From Rhizophagus irregularis (taxonomy: Eukaryota), in the NCBI RefSeq assembly GCF_026210795.1, contig NC_089435.1, forward strand, positions 1,550,001-1,614,000: a stretch of DNA of 64,000 nucleotides, read 5' to 3'. Shown piece after piece: positions 14,765 to 28,300 of this stretch. The notes under the pieces are model-generated. The model did not search any database. It saw only the letters and a program-made list of their open reading frames with translations, and was not told the DNA's origin. A program made the position numbers and the translations under genes. The first letter of the stretch is position 1; each line of letters begins with the position of its first letter.

Positions 14765-15298
14765 AATTTATAAATTTTAAAAAAGAAATAAAAAGAAATA
14801 AAAGAAAATGATCGACAATTTTGTCGGTTAAACCCTATATATACTTTAAATTGCCGCTGCAGTTTGTTGATCCGAGACTCCTATCATGACATGGTTATAT
14901 TGTAACATTTTATCGGGACAAAAATTTTTAGTATAGGTTTTCTTCAAACTAGCTAAAATAATGGATTAAATAATGGAATTCTTGAAAGACTCTATAAAGT
15001 AGAGTTTAATAGGAGTGAAGGACTAGACGGTTTTATGATAAAGTAGATCCATAATGGTGTATTTAGCCGAAAAAGGCTCGAGCGTAGATCGTCGTGGATT
15101 CCAGGGGATTTTCTGCGATTAAACCGGGTCCGGATGATCGGCCATCAGGAATTCGGCTCCGTTTTTCGGTTATAGCAAAATTGCTGCGCCTCAAAATTTC
15201 ATAAATTATCTTGCGTGAAATTATAATAATTAGTTATTTTCTCCTGTCTAATTACTGTGATACAAATATACCTCTTTTTTTTCTCTTCGCTCAACAAT

Positions 15299-16919
15299 AT
15301 GTCATGTTCAAAAATATTTTCAGGAGATTTACCTGAAATAACATAATATTAAAAATATTTTAAGAATGATTTTTCAACTTTATATTCATGTATTTTAATC
15401 AACAGATTTTGGTGTCGTCTAACGATTCCATTATTATGGGAAATCCATTTATAATTTCTACTGGAAATTATAAATTTATTGAAATATACTTGAATAATTT
15501 AAATAGTGATTTAAAGTCAAAATTAAAAGAATATAAAATTAATTATAATTTATTACCATCAAAAACAATTTTCAATTATCATAATTTTATAAAATCTTTG
15601 GATACGCGAAAGATTAAATCTTCTACTGTTAAGTGGACTAATAATATTATTAGAACTTTAAAACTTGATCTTTTTAATGATATAGATTTAAAAACTGATT
15701 TTATTGGATTGATTCAAACGTCACTATTTAAAATGTTTATTGAAAATGAAGTAATTATACATACTTTAAGCATTGAGATCTCAAATTATGATTTCTATCA
15801 AAATGAAATGTTTGAAATAATTTTACAAAATCAAAATTTCATCCACAATATTGGAAATTTAAAACTTTATATTGATGATACTTTTGATTATTCATATTTC
15901 GATAATTATAAGGATATATATATATTAAAGATAATTTATTACAAATAATTAATACACATCAAAATCTTAAAAAAAATTGTATTAGCTCACAATCATTTTC
16001 CTTTATTTCAATCATTATTGTTATCAAAAGTTGGTAATTGTTCAAATACTTTAAATACGACCATACTATATGAAGTCAATTTTAATGATATGATCGATTT
16101 AAACAAAATATTTGAACAATTAAATGTTTTGAAATCTGTTCATATCATTTATTGTATTTCTTTAAATAGTAGTTTTATTCATCAAATTTTTAATTTAGCT
16201 AAACCATTTAAATTAAAATCTTTATTTATAGATGAGAAATCACAAATTGATGAATCATTAAAATTATTATTGCAAAAATTTGGTGGTTATTTAGAAAATA
16301 TTGGATGCAAATATTCTCATAGTATTATCAGAACAACAAATACTAAAATTATTATTGCAAAAATTTGGTGTTTATTTAGAAAATATTGGATGCAAATATT
16401 CTCATAGTATTATCAGAACAACAAATACTTAATAACATTATAATACAGTATATTGTAAGAATACCAAATTTCTTGAGTTATATGAATTTAAAGAACATCA
16501 TAAACATTATCTTTCCATTGATTTAATTGAAAACATAAAACAAAATCTTAATTATCTTTCTATTAATGCAAATTCAATTATATTAAGAAATTTAGGTCAA
16601 GCTCTTCCTTTTAAATTAAAATATTTAAGTTTAAATCTTATCAATAATTTAATTGATCTAGAAATATTTTTAAAAAATTCTCAAAATACCTTAATTGAAA
16701 ATTATTAATTAAAGGAGATAGTATGATGGCTACTATTTTATCTTGTATAAAGGAATTTATAATGAAAAGGAAGAGGGTCAAAATATTTGGCTATTATGAA
16801 TTTTAAAAGTAAAGATTTTATTTTCTTTAAAGAATGAAGTAAAAGAATTTGAATTGTATAATATTAAAATTCGATATTATGATATTAGAGTTCATGAATT
16901 TATTAAAGAAATGGATTAA
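15299..16919 (+). pseudogene. F-box-like / LRR family pseudogene
   Basis: Starts MSCSKIFSGDLPEIT then stop. Frameshifted LYSCIL.NRFWCRLTIPLLW motif, fragmentary ORFs 15388 and 16018, internal tandem duplication at about 16260-16430. Confidence 0.75.
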
Positions 16920-17614
16920 TCTGGATCAACTAGAATGTAGTCATGCAAAAACTTTTTCAATTTTAAAATATTGAGCTAACTTAGGAATATTTTTTGAGTA
17001 TAAATAAAAAAATTATTATGGCAACATTAGTACTTAGTTCAGTTGATAGCTGACGTGCGTCAAACGTAGTTTGATGCCTGACGTGTCACATAACATTAAG
17101 GCAGAATAAATATTGAATTTTCAGTATTATAAATTTTTATAATTAACCATTCTTTTCTTCTATTTATAGGATGCCAGGGCTGCTCGAATAATTAGATAGT
17201 CTGAACTTTCAGTTAGCTTCAGGTAAATAATAGAGAATTATTCAGTTTTTTTTTATTCAAGAAATATACTAATGTTTATTTTCTTTTTTTGGAACCCTTA
17301 ATTCTTATTGTTTGAAAATTTTACCATATTTTTAACAGCTATGATGTTCTTAAATTCCTAATGATAGTTCTAACACCAATTAACAATATTTATTTGCAAT
17401 TGAAAATTAAATTTATTTATACAATATTTTAAAGCAAACTGAATTTACAAATTTATAATATTAAATAATACTTAATTAAAATTATATAAATTCGTCTGAA
17501 TTTTAAATAAAAATCTATACAAAACAAGAGTTTATTATTCATAGGGAACTGTGAAATTTATAATAAGAAATAGTATTTTGTTTATTTTTGTTTTCAAAAT
17601 ACAGTAGTTAGAAC

Positions 17615-17967
17615 TAGAGGTCTGCATTGACCACTATTTTACAACCCGGCCCAGCCCGCACTTGGAAATTAATATCAAGTGCCCGGTCCGGCCCGGCCCG
17701 GACTGGACTGGACTGGACCCGGACTTTTATTGTATCATATTGTTGTAAAAACACAAAAATCGGCCAACTTAATTTTGGCCAGTTTAATTTCGGCCGGAAT
17801 TAAGACGATTTTGGCCAGAATTACGAAAATCCGGGTTTAACGAAAATTTATGTTCCGGCCTGGACCCGACCCGGGTGAATTTTAAGGAAAGTTTGCCGAC
17901 CCAAACCCAGATCCGGGTCCGGGCGGGTTAGGGTTTCCAGGTTCAGGGTCCCATTAGTAGACCTCTA
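17615..17967. mobile_element. hAT-type MITE
   Basis: TIR TAGAGGTCT...AGACCTCTA; exact 8-bp TSD GTTAGAAC (17607-17614, 17968-17975); internal CCGG/CCGGA-rich repeats. Confidence 0.9.
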
Positions 17968-18524
17968 GTTAGAACTGTTCTGTCAGTCATTTTATATATA
18001 AAATGGTGGCTATAAGTTGTACTAAGTTAGCTGTCAATTTTAGATTTGACATGAACATTGCAACTTAGAGCATTTAAGTTTATACTTTAGTGTATATATT
18101 ATTATGAAAATTTTTATGGTTTCAAAATGATTACAAGCAATTATAAGCAATTTATAGGCTTTATTATAGAATTATAAAAATTATTATTAGTTTGTAATTT
18201 TTGTATTTTCTTTTTTTATTATTTTGTACAAGTTCTTAGTAAATTTACAAACAATTTATTCTAATTGAAATTTTCGATTTTTTATAATTTTTTAGGAAAC
18301 CATTCATTTATTAGTAATTTGTATTTATATTATATTCAAAAATCGCGCATATTTGTTAAATATCAATTTTTATATTAACAATCTGCCATTATTTATGAAT
18401 TCAAAGAATGAATTTTTACCTAAATTAGAAATCTTTGAGTTTAATGAAATTTTAATTACTTTAATGTCATCAACTTTTGATGTATATAAAAGTTCAAATT
18501 TTACACATTAGATTAGTTTTGTAT

Positions 18525-19051
18525 CCCTATAAAAAGTATTTATATTTAAAATATAATTAAAAACTTTTTAAAATATATTTAAATTATACTTAAAATATAT
18601 TTAATTTAAAAATTGTGAAATACTTATAATATACTTAAAATGTATTTAAAATTATCTTAAAATATATTTCTAATATATTTAATTTTTGCCAAAATACTTA
18701 AAATATACTTAAATTATACTTAAGTCAAAATTTAAGTATATTATAGATATATTTTTTACATACTTAAAATATACTTATAATATATTCTATAATATATTTT
18801 AAGTATATTTTAAATACATAAAAAATATACTTATAATAGTCTTATAATATACTTAAATTTTAATTTAAATATAATTTAAATATATTTTAAGTATATGGGC
18901 AAAAATTAAATATATTAGACATATGTTTTAAGATAATTTTAAGTATATTTTAGATATATTAAAAATATATTTTAAGTATTTTGCAATTTTTAAATTAAGT
19001 ATATTTTAAATATATTTTAAATATATTTTAAGTATAATACTTTTTATAGGG
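18525..19051. mobile_element. AT-rich fold-back MITE
   Basis: TIR CCCTATAAAAAGTAT...ATACTTTTTATAGGG with long imperfect internal palindrome; TAT on both flanks. Confidence 0.8.
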
Positions 19052-19376
19052 TATATTTATACTTTTAATAAATTATATTTCATAATTGGATAAGTTACAA
19101 AAGAAAAAGATTTATTTAAATTACAAACTAAAGAACTTATAAAATATTTACTATTCTGGCCTTAGTGTTTAAATAATTCTAAATAAAATAAAAAAATAAA
19201 TATACATATTTGGATAAAGGAATTATTCAAATTGCAAACTAAGAAACTTGTAAACATTTAACTGCTCTAGCCTTAGTGTTTAAATAAATCTAAAAAAAAT
19301 GAAACAAAAAACAATTTGCATATCAAATGTAGCTTTAAACAATATAAAATTTTTTACAAAAAGTACAAATAATTAC

Positions 19377-22300
19377 TTAGTTTTCATCTGTTTCAATATC
19401 TAGATAATTAATTAAATAAAATTAATTACAAATAAACAATTTGCAAATTACTTTGTTTTGTGTAATATAATACATACCTAATGAATTAATATCATTACTA
19501 ATTCTACAATTGTCCAAACATTCACTTTCAAGATATTTATTCAATTTTTTACTAGTAAAATCAAGTACACGACTTGTATAACATGCTTGTGGATGAGATT
19601 CTGTAACAAGGTTGTTATTCCCAATTGGTGTATTTATAAATTCCATAACATACCTTTTTAATTCTTTACTAATATCTTCAATTTCCTTTTCATAAGGAAG
19701 AATAATCCACTCTTCAATAATATTTAAAACTTCTTTAGAAGATGGCCTTTTTAATGGATCTTCATCCCAACATTTTTTCATCAAATCTACATAACATTGT
19801 GGAGTATTTTTAATGATTTTAGGACGTCCACCTCTACAAATACTTAAACTAAGTTGAAAATCATGTGCTTCATCATTAAATGGTGGCACTCCAGATGTAA
19901 ATTCCCACATAATCATAGAAAAACTATAAATATCACTAGCTGGAGTAAAATGCTTGCCTCTTAAAATTTCAGGTGCCATAAATGGTATAACACCATAAAT
20001 TTCATATTTTTTCAAAAATGATTTTATAGGTTGACATAATCCTAAATCACTAATATAGACTTTAACATTTTCATAGTTTTCACTTTCTTCATTTTTTTCA
20101 CTTTCCTTATTTTCTTCACTTTCATTTTCCTTATTTTCTCCATTTTCTTCATCTTTATGATTTAAAATGTTGCCATCATGAAAATCACAATGAATAAGCT
20201 TTTGTTTATGTATCTCATTAAGCCCAGAAATAATTCTATGTAACATATGTAATTTTTGCTTCCAATCATTTTTGATTATTTTTGTCAAATTTCCTCTAAA
20301 ATTACCTTTGTTTGCATAATCCATTACTACCATATAACGCAAAGTATCTGGGGATCTTGTAAATCCATAAAAATTAATAATATCATATGAATTTAAACAT
20401 CTTTCATGATTTTTCCACTAGTAAAACATAATAATAATATATTAGTATAAATAAATTATAATTTAGTAAAGTTAAAAAAGAAGAAATAAATAATATATTA
20501 TCATACTTCATTTAAAAATTGGTTTGAATTTTCATTTAAATTATTGTGACATTTGAGAACTACTTCTTTATTTCCATTATTGTTTAACCAAGTAGCTTTG
20601 TATATAATGCTAAATCCTCCTTTATCAAGATATACAATATTTTTAAACTCATTATAAGGAATCCATTTTAAATTTTTTTCAAGAATAAATTTGTCTATAT
20701 TTTCATCTCCACATCTCCTAAATCTATAAATTTAAATAATTAGTAAAATTATATTAAAGTTTATATAGTTTATATTAAAATTTACACTAAAATTTAAAAT
20801 TAGAATTAACACTTACCCTAAAATTTAAATAAGAATTTAATATAATATAAATCTTAGTTTTTGTACTAAAATACATATATAATAAACTATAATTTACAAC
20901 TTACCGACTAAAGTAACAGATATTTTTTTAAAATAAGAATTCAGTTGATTAAAACTATAACTGAAATTTAACATTACTATATAACTTATAACTTACTTGC
21001 TATATTAATAAATAATGTTTTAAATAAAAATTTAGTTTAAAATTATATAAAAATATTATATAAACATGTAATAGTAAAATTAAATAAATAACTTACTCTC
21101 TATATTATTAAATAATTATTTTTAAAAAGGAAATTAAGTTAGTCTGAATTATAAGAAATATCATATAAATATATAAGTAATAAAATAAATAACTTACTCT
21201 CTATATTATTAAATAATTTTTTTCAAACAAAAAATTTTAGTTAGTCTGAAAATATTTTATAATAATCAAATTAAATAAATAACTTACTCTCTATATTATT
21301 AAATAATTTTTTTAAACAAAAAATTTAGTTAGTCTGAAAATATTATATAATAATCAAATTAAATAAATAACTTACTCTCTATATTATTAAATAATTTTTT
21401 TTAAATAAGGAATTTAGTTAGTTTAAATTATAAGAAAATATAATATAAATACGTAATAATAAAATTAAACAAATGACTTACTTCCTGTATTATTAATATT
21501 TTTTTTTTTTTTTTAAACAAGGAATTTATTAGTTTAAATTATATGCCATTATTATATAAATATATAACAATAAAATTAAATAAATAACTCACTCCCTATA
21601 TTATTAAATAATTTTTTGAATGAAAAAGTAAATTAGTTTAGATTGTATGAAAATTTACGTAAATATATATAATAATAGAATTAGTTAAATAACTTATTAC
21701 TTCCTATAACTTACCACCTATATTATTAAATAATTTTAATAAAAAATTTAGTTAGTTAAATTATATGTAATAGTTATGCAGCCTAATTATTTAATAAACT
21801 GCAAGCATAATGATACAGTTATTGAAAGGGGAGTAACACCCTGTAGGGCGTATCTAATAACTGTAACATATTGTATAAATATGTAATAGAACTAAATAAA
21901 TAACTTACAAACTATATTAATAAATAATGTTTTATATAAAGAACGTTAGTTTAAATTATATACAGTAAAATATTTTGTAAATATATAATAATATAAATAA
22001 ATAACTTACGCCCTATATAATTAAATATTTTTTTTTAATTATTTTAATTAGCAATTTACTTAGTATAAATTATATGTAAAATTATATAAAAATAACTTGC
22101 ATGCTATATTATTAAATAAATTTTTAAGTAAGAAAATTATATGTAAATATTATATAAATATGTAAAGTAATAGAATATAATAAATAACTTACAAGCTATA
22201 TTATATTATTAAATATATTTTTGTTTAAATAAAGAATTTAATTAGTTTAAATTATATTTAAATATTTAAATAAATATGCAATAACGAAATTAAATAGTAA

Positions 22301-25300
22301 ATAACTTACTTCCTATATTATCAAATAATTTTTAGGTAAAGAAATTATTTAGTTTAAATCATATGAAATATTATAGAAGTATAATTAAATAAATAACATA
22401 CCCCCTATATCATTAAATAAAGAATGTAAGTATTATGTAAATAGGTAATAATAAAATCGAATAAATAACTTACATGCTATATTATTAAAATAAAGGATTT
22501 AGGTTAATTATATATAAATTATATAAATATTATAAATGTATAATAATAAATTAAATAAATAACTTACTCCCTATATTAATAAGTAATAAAGAATTTAGTT
22601 ATTTTATTTTATATAAATATTATGTAAATATGTAATAATAGAATCAAACAAATAACTTACAAGCTATATTATTAAATATTTTTTTTTTTTAAGAATAAAG
22701 AATTTAGTTAGTTTAAATTATATATATATAAATATGTAATAATAGAACTAAATAAATAACTTACGAACTATGTTATAAATAATTTTTTAAATAAAGAATA
22801 TTTTAGTTTATATCATATATAATAATTGAATGAAATAACAACTTCAATTACCCCCTATATTATTAAGCAGTATTTTTAAATAAAGAATTTAGTTAATTTA
22901 AATTTTATGCAAATATTATATCAATATATAATAATAGAAATAAATAAAAACTTACAAACTATATTGTTAAATAATTTTTAAATAAAGGAATTTAGTTACT
23001 GATTTAAATTATATATAAATATTGTATCATAAAATTAAATCAATAATTTACCTACTATGTAATTAAATAATTTTTACAAAAGAAATTTAGTTAATTTAAA
23101 TTATGTGTAAAATAATATAAATGAAAAACTTATAACTTACATTCTAAAATAAATTGCCAAATAATTTTAAATAAAGAATTTAGTTAATTAAATTATGTAT
23201 ATATTATATAAATATGTAATAATAGAGTTAAATAGATAACTTACCCCCTATACAATTGAATAATATTATTTTAAATAAAGAATATAAATATTATATAAAT
23301 ATGTAATAAACTAATAATAGAATTAAATAAATACTTACAAACTATGATATTGTTAAAAAAATTTAATTAGTTTAAATTATACAGTAAATACTAGTGTATA
23401 AATATGTAATAATAATGATAGAATTAAACAATACTTACAAACTATATTATTAAGGAATTTTTCAAAAAATTTAGTTAGCTTATCATGTTATATATAAATA
23501 TTATATATTAGGATAAAATAACAACTTACAAGCTATATTATTATTTTTAAATAAAGAATTGAATCAGTTTAAATTAAATGTAAAAATTATATAAATAGTA
23601 AATAACTTACCCACTATATCATTAATAATATTTTAAAAGAAGAATATGAGTATTATATAGAGATATAGTAATAGAATCAAATAAATAGCTTACTTACTAT
23701 ATTATTAAATAATTTTTTAAATAAAGAATTTAGTTAGTTTGATTATGTATAAATATTTAATAATATAAATAAATAAATAACTTACAGGCTATATTATTAA
23801 ATAATTTGGTTTAAATAAAAAATATGTTAGTTTCAAACTTTAAATTATGTATAAATATATATATAATATACATATAATATGTTATTACTTACCCACTATA
23901 TTATTGAATAATATTTTAAAGAGTTTAATTAAATTATATAAAAATTGTAAATTTGTAATCACCATAAATATAAATAAATAACTTACAAACTATAATTTTT
24001 TAATAAAATATTTAGTTAGTTTAAATTTATATAAGCATCATACAAATATGCAATAATAAAATTAAATAAATAACTTACTTCCTATATTTTGAATGATTTT
24101 TGAAAAAAAGAATTTTGTTTAAATTATATGTAAATGTTTGGTATTAGGACATTTCACTAAAAGCCATTTTGTCAAAAAATAGTCTCTAGCCTGAGTTTTT
24201 CATAGCATAATATTAATTATTGACCCTATTTTTTGGTGAAACATCCTGGAAATAGCTTTTGACAAAATATCCCATAACCATAAATGTTATATAAATAATA
24301 ATAAATTTAATTATTAACCTACCCACTATATTATTATAAATAATTATAATAATTTTTTAAAGATTTCAGTTTAAATTATATGCAAATATTATGTAAATAC
24401 ATAAATTATAAAATTAAATAAATAACTTACAAACTGTATTATTAAATAATTTTTTCAATTAAAATATTAATTAGTTAAATTATATTTAAATATATATTAA
24501 ATAATTAAATTATAGTAACTTACCAACTAAGAGTTTAAATAAATAATATAATTAATTAAATTATATGCAAATACTATTATATAATAATAGAATTAAATAA
24601 TTTGACTTACCCACTATATTATTATTAAATAGTTTTTTATAGTTAATATAAATTGTATATAAATATATATTAATAGAATCAAATATATAACTTACATGCT
24701 ATATATTAAATAAAAAATAATTGAGTTAATATAAATTATAAAATTATATATAAATAATTAGAATATAATGCAATAATAAAGTTAAATAACTTACATACTG
24801 TATTATTAAATAATTTTTTAAATAAAGAATTTAATTAGTTTCAATTATATATAAATATTATACAAATATAATAATAGAATTAAATAGGCACTTACAAACT
24901 ACATAATTAAAGAATTAATTAGTTTAGATTGTATATAAATATTATATAAATATGTAAATATTAACTTACAAGCTATTATTAAATAATTTTTAAATAAAAT
25001 ATTTAGTATAATTATATGTAAATATTATATAAATAATAGAATTAAATAAATATCTTACAAACTATATTATTAAATAATTGTTTATAAAAATAAAAATTTA
25101 GTTAGTTTAAATTATAAATAAATATATAATAATATAATTGAATAATAACTTACTCCCTATATTATTAACCAATTTTAAATGTAGTTAATTTAAATTATAT
25201 GTAAATATCATGCAAGTTTATAATGACAGAATTAAATAAATTACTTACAAACTATATTTTAACCAATTTTTTAGACAAAGAATTTAGTTAATTTGAACAT

Positions 25301-28300
25301 GATATAAATAAATAATAGAATTAAATAAATGACTTACATGCTATTATAAAATAATTTTTAAATGAAGATTTTAATTAGTTTTAATTATATTTATCATATA
25401 AAAATGTAATAATATAATTAATAAGTAAATGATTTACTTTCTATAATTTTTAAATAAAAAAATTTAATTAGTATTATAAATATGTAATAATAGAATTAAT
25501 AGAATTAAATAAATGACTTACTTTCTATATTATTACATAATTTTAAATAAAGAATTTAATTAGTTTTAAATAATAAATAAATATATAATAACAGGATTAA
25601 ATAAATAACTTGTAAGTTATAACTTACCAGCTAAAATAAATTATAAAATAATTTTTTAAATAAAAATTTGGTTAATTTAAATTATATGTAAATATTATAT
25701 AAACATATAATAATAGAATTAAATAACTTACGAACTATATTATTTTATAAATAAAGAATTTAGTTAATCAAATTATATATAAAATTATTAATAGAATTAA
25801 ATAAATAACTTACAAACTATATTATTATGTAATTTTTTAAATAAGTACTTAGTTAAATTGCATGCAAATAATATAATAATAGAATTAAATAAATAATTTA
25901 TAACTAACCACCTAAAAGATAAAAAACTTAGTTAAGTCAAATTATATATGTGAGTATATAATAATAGAATTAAATAAATAACTTACAAGCTATATTATTA
26001 AATAATTTTTTAAATAAGGAATTAAATTAGTTTAAATTATATAAATATATAATAGGATTGAATAATAACTTACAAGCTATATTATTAAATAAAAAATTTA
26101 TTTAGTATAAGTTATATGTAAATATGATGTAAGTAATGAAATTAAATGACTTACAAGCTATATTAGTAAATAGTTTTTTAAATAAAAAATTCAGTTGATT
26201 CAAATTATATGTAAAAATTATATAATAGTAGAATTAAATAAATAACTTACCCTCTATATTATAAATAAGTTTAAATAAAAAATTTAGTTAACTTAAATAT
26301 GTGAATATAATTATAGTACTAGTAAATATTAAAATATTAACTTACTTTCTATATTATTAGTTAATTTCCAATAAAGAATTTAATTAGTTTAAATTATACA
26401 TAAATATTATATAAATATATAATGATAAATAATTAACTCACTCCCTATATTGTTAAGTAGTAAAAAATTTAGTTAGTTTAAAATATATGCAAATATTATA
26501 CAAATATGTAATACCAGAATTAAACCAATAACTTACAATCTATATTATTTAATTTTTAAACAATGATTCAATTAGTTTAAATCATATGTAAATATGTAAT
26601 AGTAATAGAATTAAATAATAACTTACAAACTATTATATTATTAAATAATTTTTTAATTAAGAATTTAATTAGTTTAGATTGAATTTGTAATATATGTAAT
26701 AATAGAATTAAAAAAAAATAATTTACCTCCTATATTATTAAATAATTTTTTAAATAAAAAATTTAGTTAGTTTGAATGAGTAATAGTACAAATATATAAA
26801 ATAACTTACTCCCTATATTATTGAAAAATTTAGTTAATTTGAATTATATAAATATTATATAATAATATTATTATATAAATTAATAATAGAACCAAATAAC
26901 TTACTTTCTATATTATTGAATAAAAAATTTAATTAATTTATATTATATATACTTATATTATGAAAACAATAAATAACTTATAACTTACTGACTAAAAGAA
27001 ATTACCAAATAATTTTTTTAATAAAGAGAATTTAGTTAGTTTAAATAATAACATATAAGTATTATATAAATATGTAATAATAGAATTATTCAAACAACTT
27101 ACCCCCTATATTATTAAATAATTTTAAAATAAAGTTAATAAATATTATATAATAAATATGTAATAGTAAAATTAAATAAATAACTTACGAGCTATCATAT
27201 TATCAAACAATTTTTTGAATTTAATTAGTTTAAATTAAATATAAATATGTAATAATAGGATTAAATAAATAACTTACAATCTATATTATTATTATTAAAT
27301 AATTTTTAAGTAAATAATTTAATTATATTAATATTATATGTAAAAATGTAATAATAATATTAAATAACTTACAATCTATATTATTAGTAATTGTTTAAGT
27401 AAAGAATTTAGTTAATTTAAATTCGATGTAAATATTATGTAATATATAATATTATGATAAATAAATAACTTATAACTTACCAGCTAAAAAATTTCAAATA
27501 AAGAATACTCAATTTAGTTAATGTACATGTAAGTATTATATAAATATATAATAATAGACTTAAATCGATAACTTACAATCTATATTATTAAACGAATTTA
27601 ATTAGTTTAAATTATATATAAATAATATTGACTATGTAATATTAGAATTAAATAAAATGTTAACTTACGAGCTATATTATTAAATAATTTTTAATTTTTA
27701 AGCAAAGAATTTAGTTAATGTAATTATATGTGAACATAATAAAAGTATATAATAAAAGAATTAAATAAAGCAATTTCCATTTATACACGGGATGTTCAAG
27801 CAAAAAGGGGACGTCTAAAGCGGAGCAGTTTTGGCCGGCATTACGGCATTAAGGAATTTACTATGATCACGTGATTCTACTCCGCTTTAGACGCCCCCAA
27901 AAAAAGTACGTAAATTTTTATGCCGATCACTTAATGTTGGCTGAAAAAAATAAAAAATTTTTTGTTAAATAAGTCTAAAAATGATATATTTTCAGAGATA
28001 CACTTACCGTCCATTTTTTTAAAGTTATATTTATTTTTGTTATACTGACACGTGATATGTGCTTGAAGTACCCGTGTATATTAAAATTTTCTTAAATAAA
28101 TATCTTACGAACTATATTATTAAATGATTTTTAAAATAAAAACTTAGTTAGTTTAAATTATATGTGAATATTATAATGTATAATAAATAAATGACTTACT
28201 TTCTATGTTATTAATAAATGATTTTTAAGCAAACAATTTAGTTAGTTTAAATACATGCAAATATTATATAATTATATAACAATTAAATAAATTACCCCCT

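Noticed and set aside
17033..17095. tRNA gene (TAGTTCAGTTGATAG resembles an A box)
   Set aside because: No B box (GTTCRA) at the proper spacing and no convincing cloverleaf.
19422..20342. ORF-track 306-aa kinase as a complete gene
   Set aside because: It lacks subdomains I-IV, which lie in exon 20723-20507. The ORF's start and tail are artefacts of introns.
28001..28012. CACTTACCGTCC as an additional microexon
   Set aside because: It lies inside the MITE and has no AG acceptor 3 nt upstream on the minus strand.
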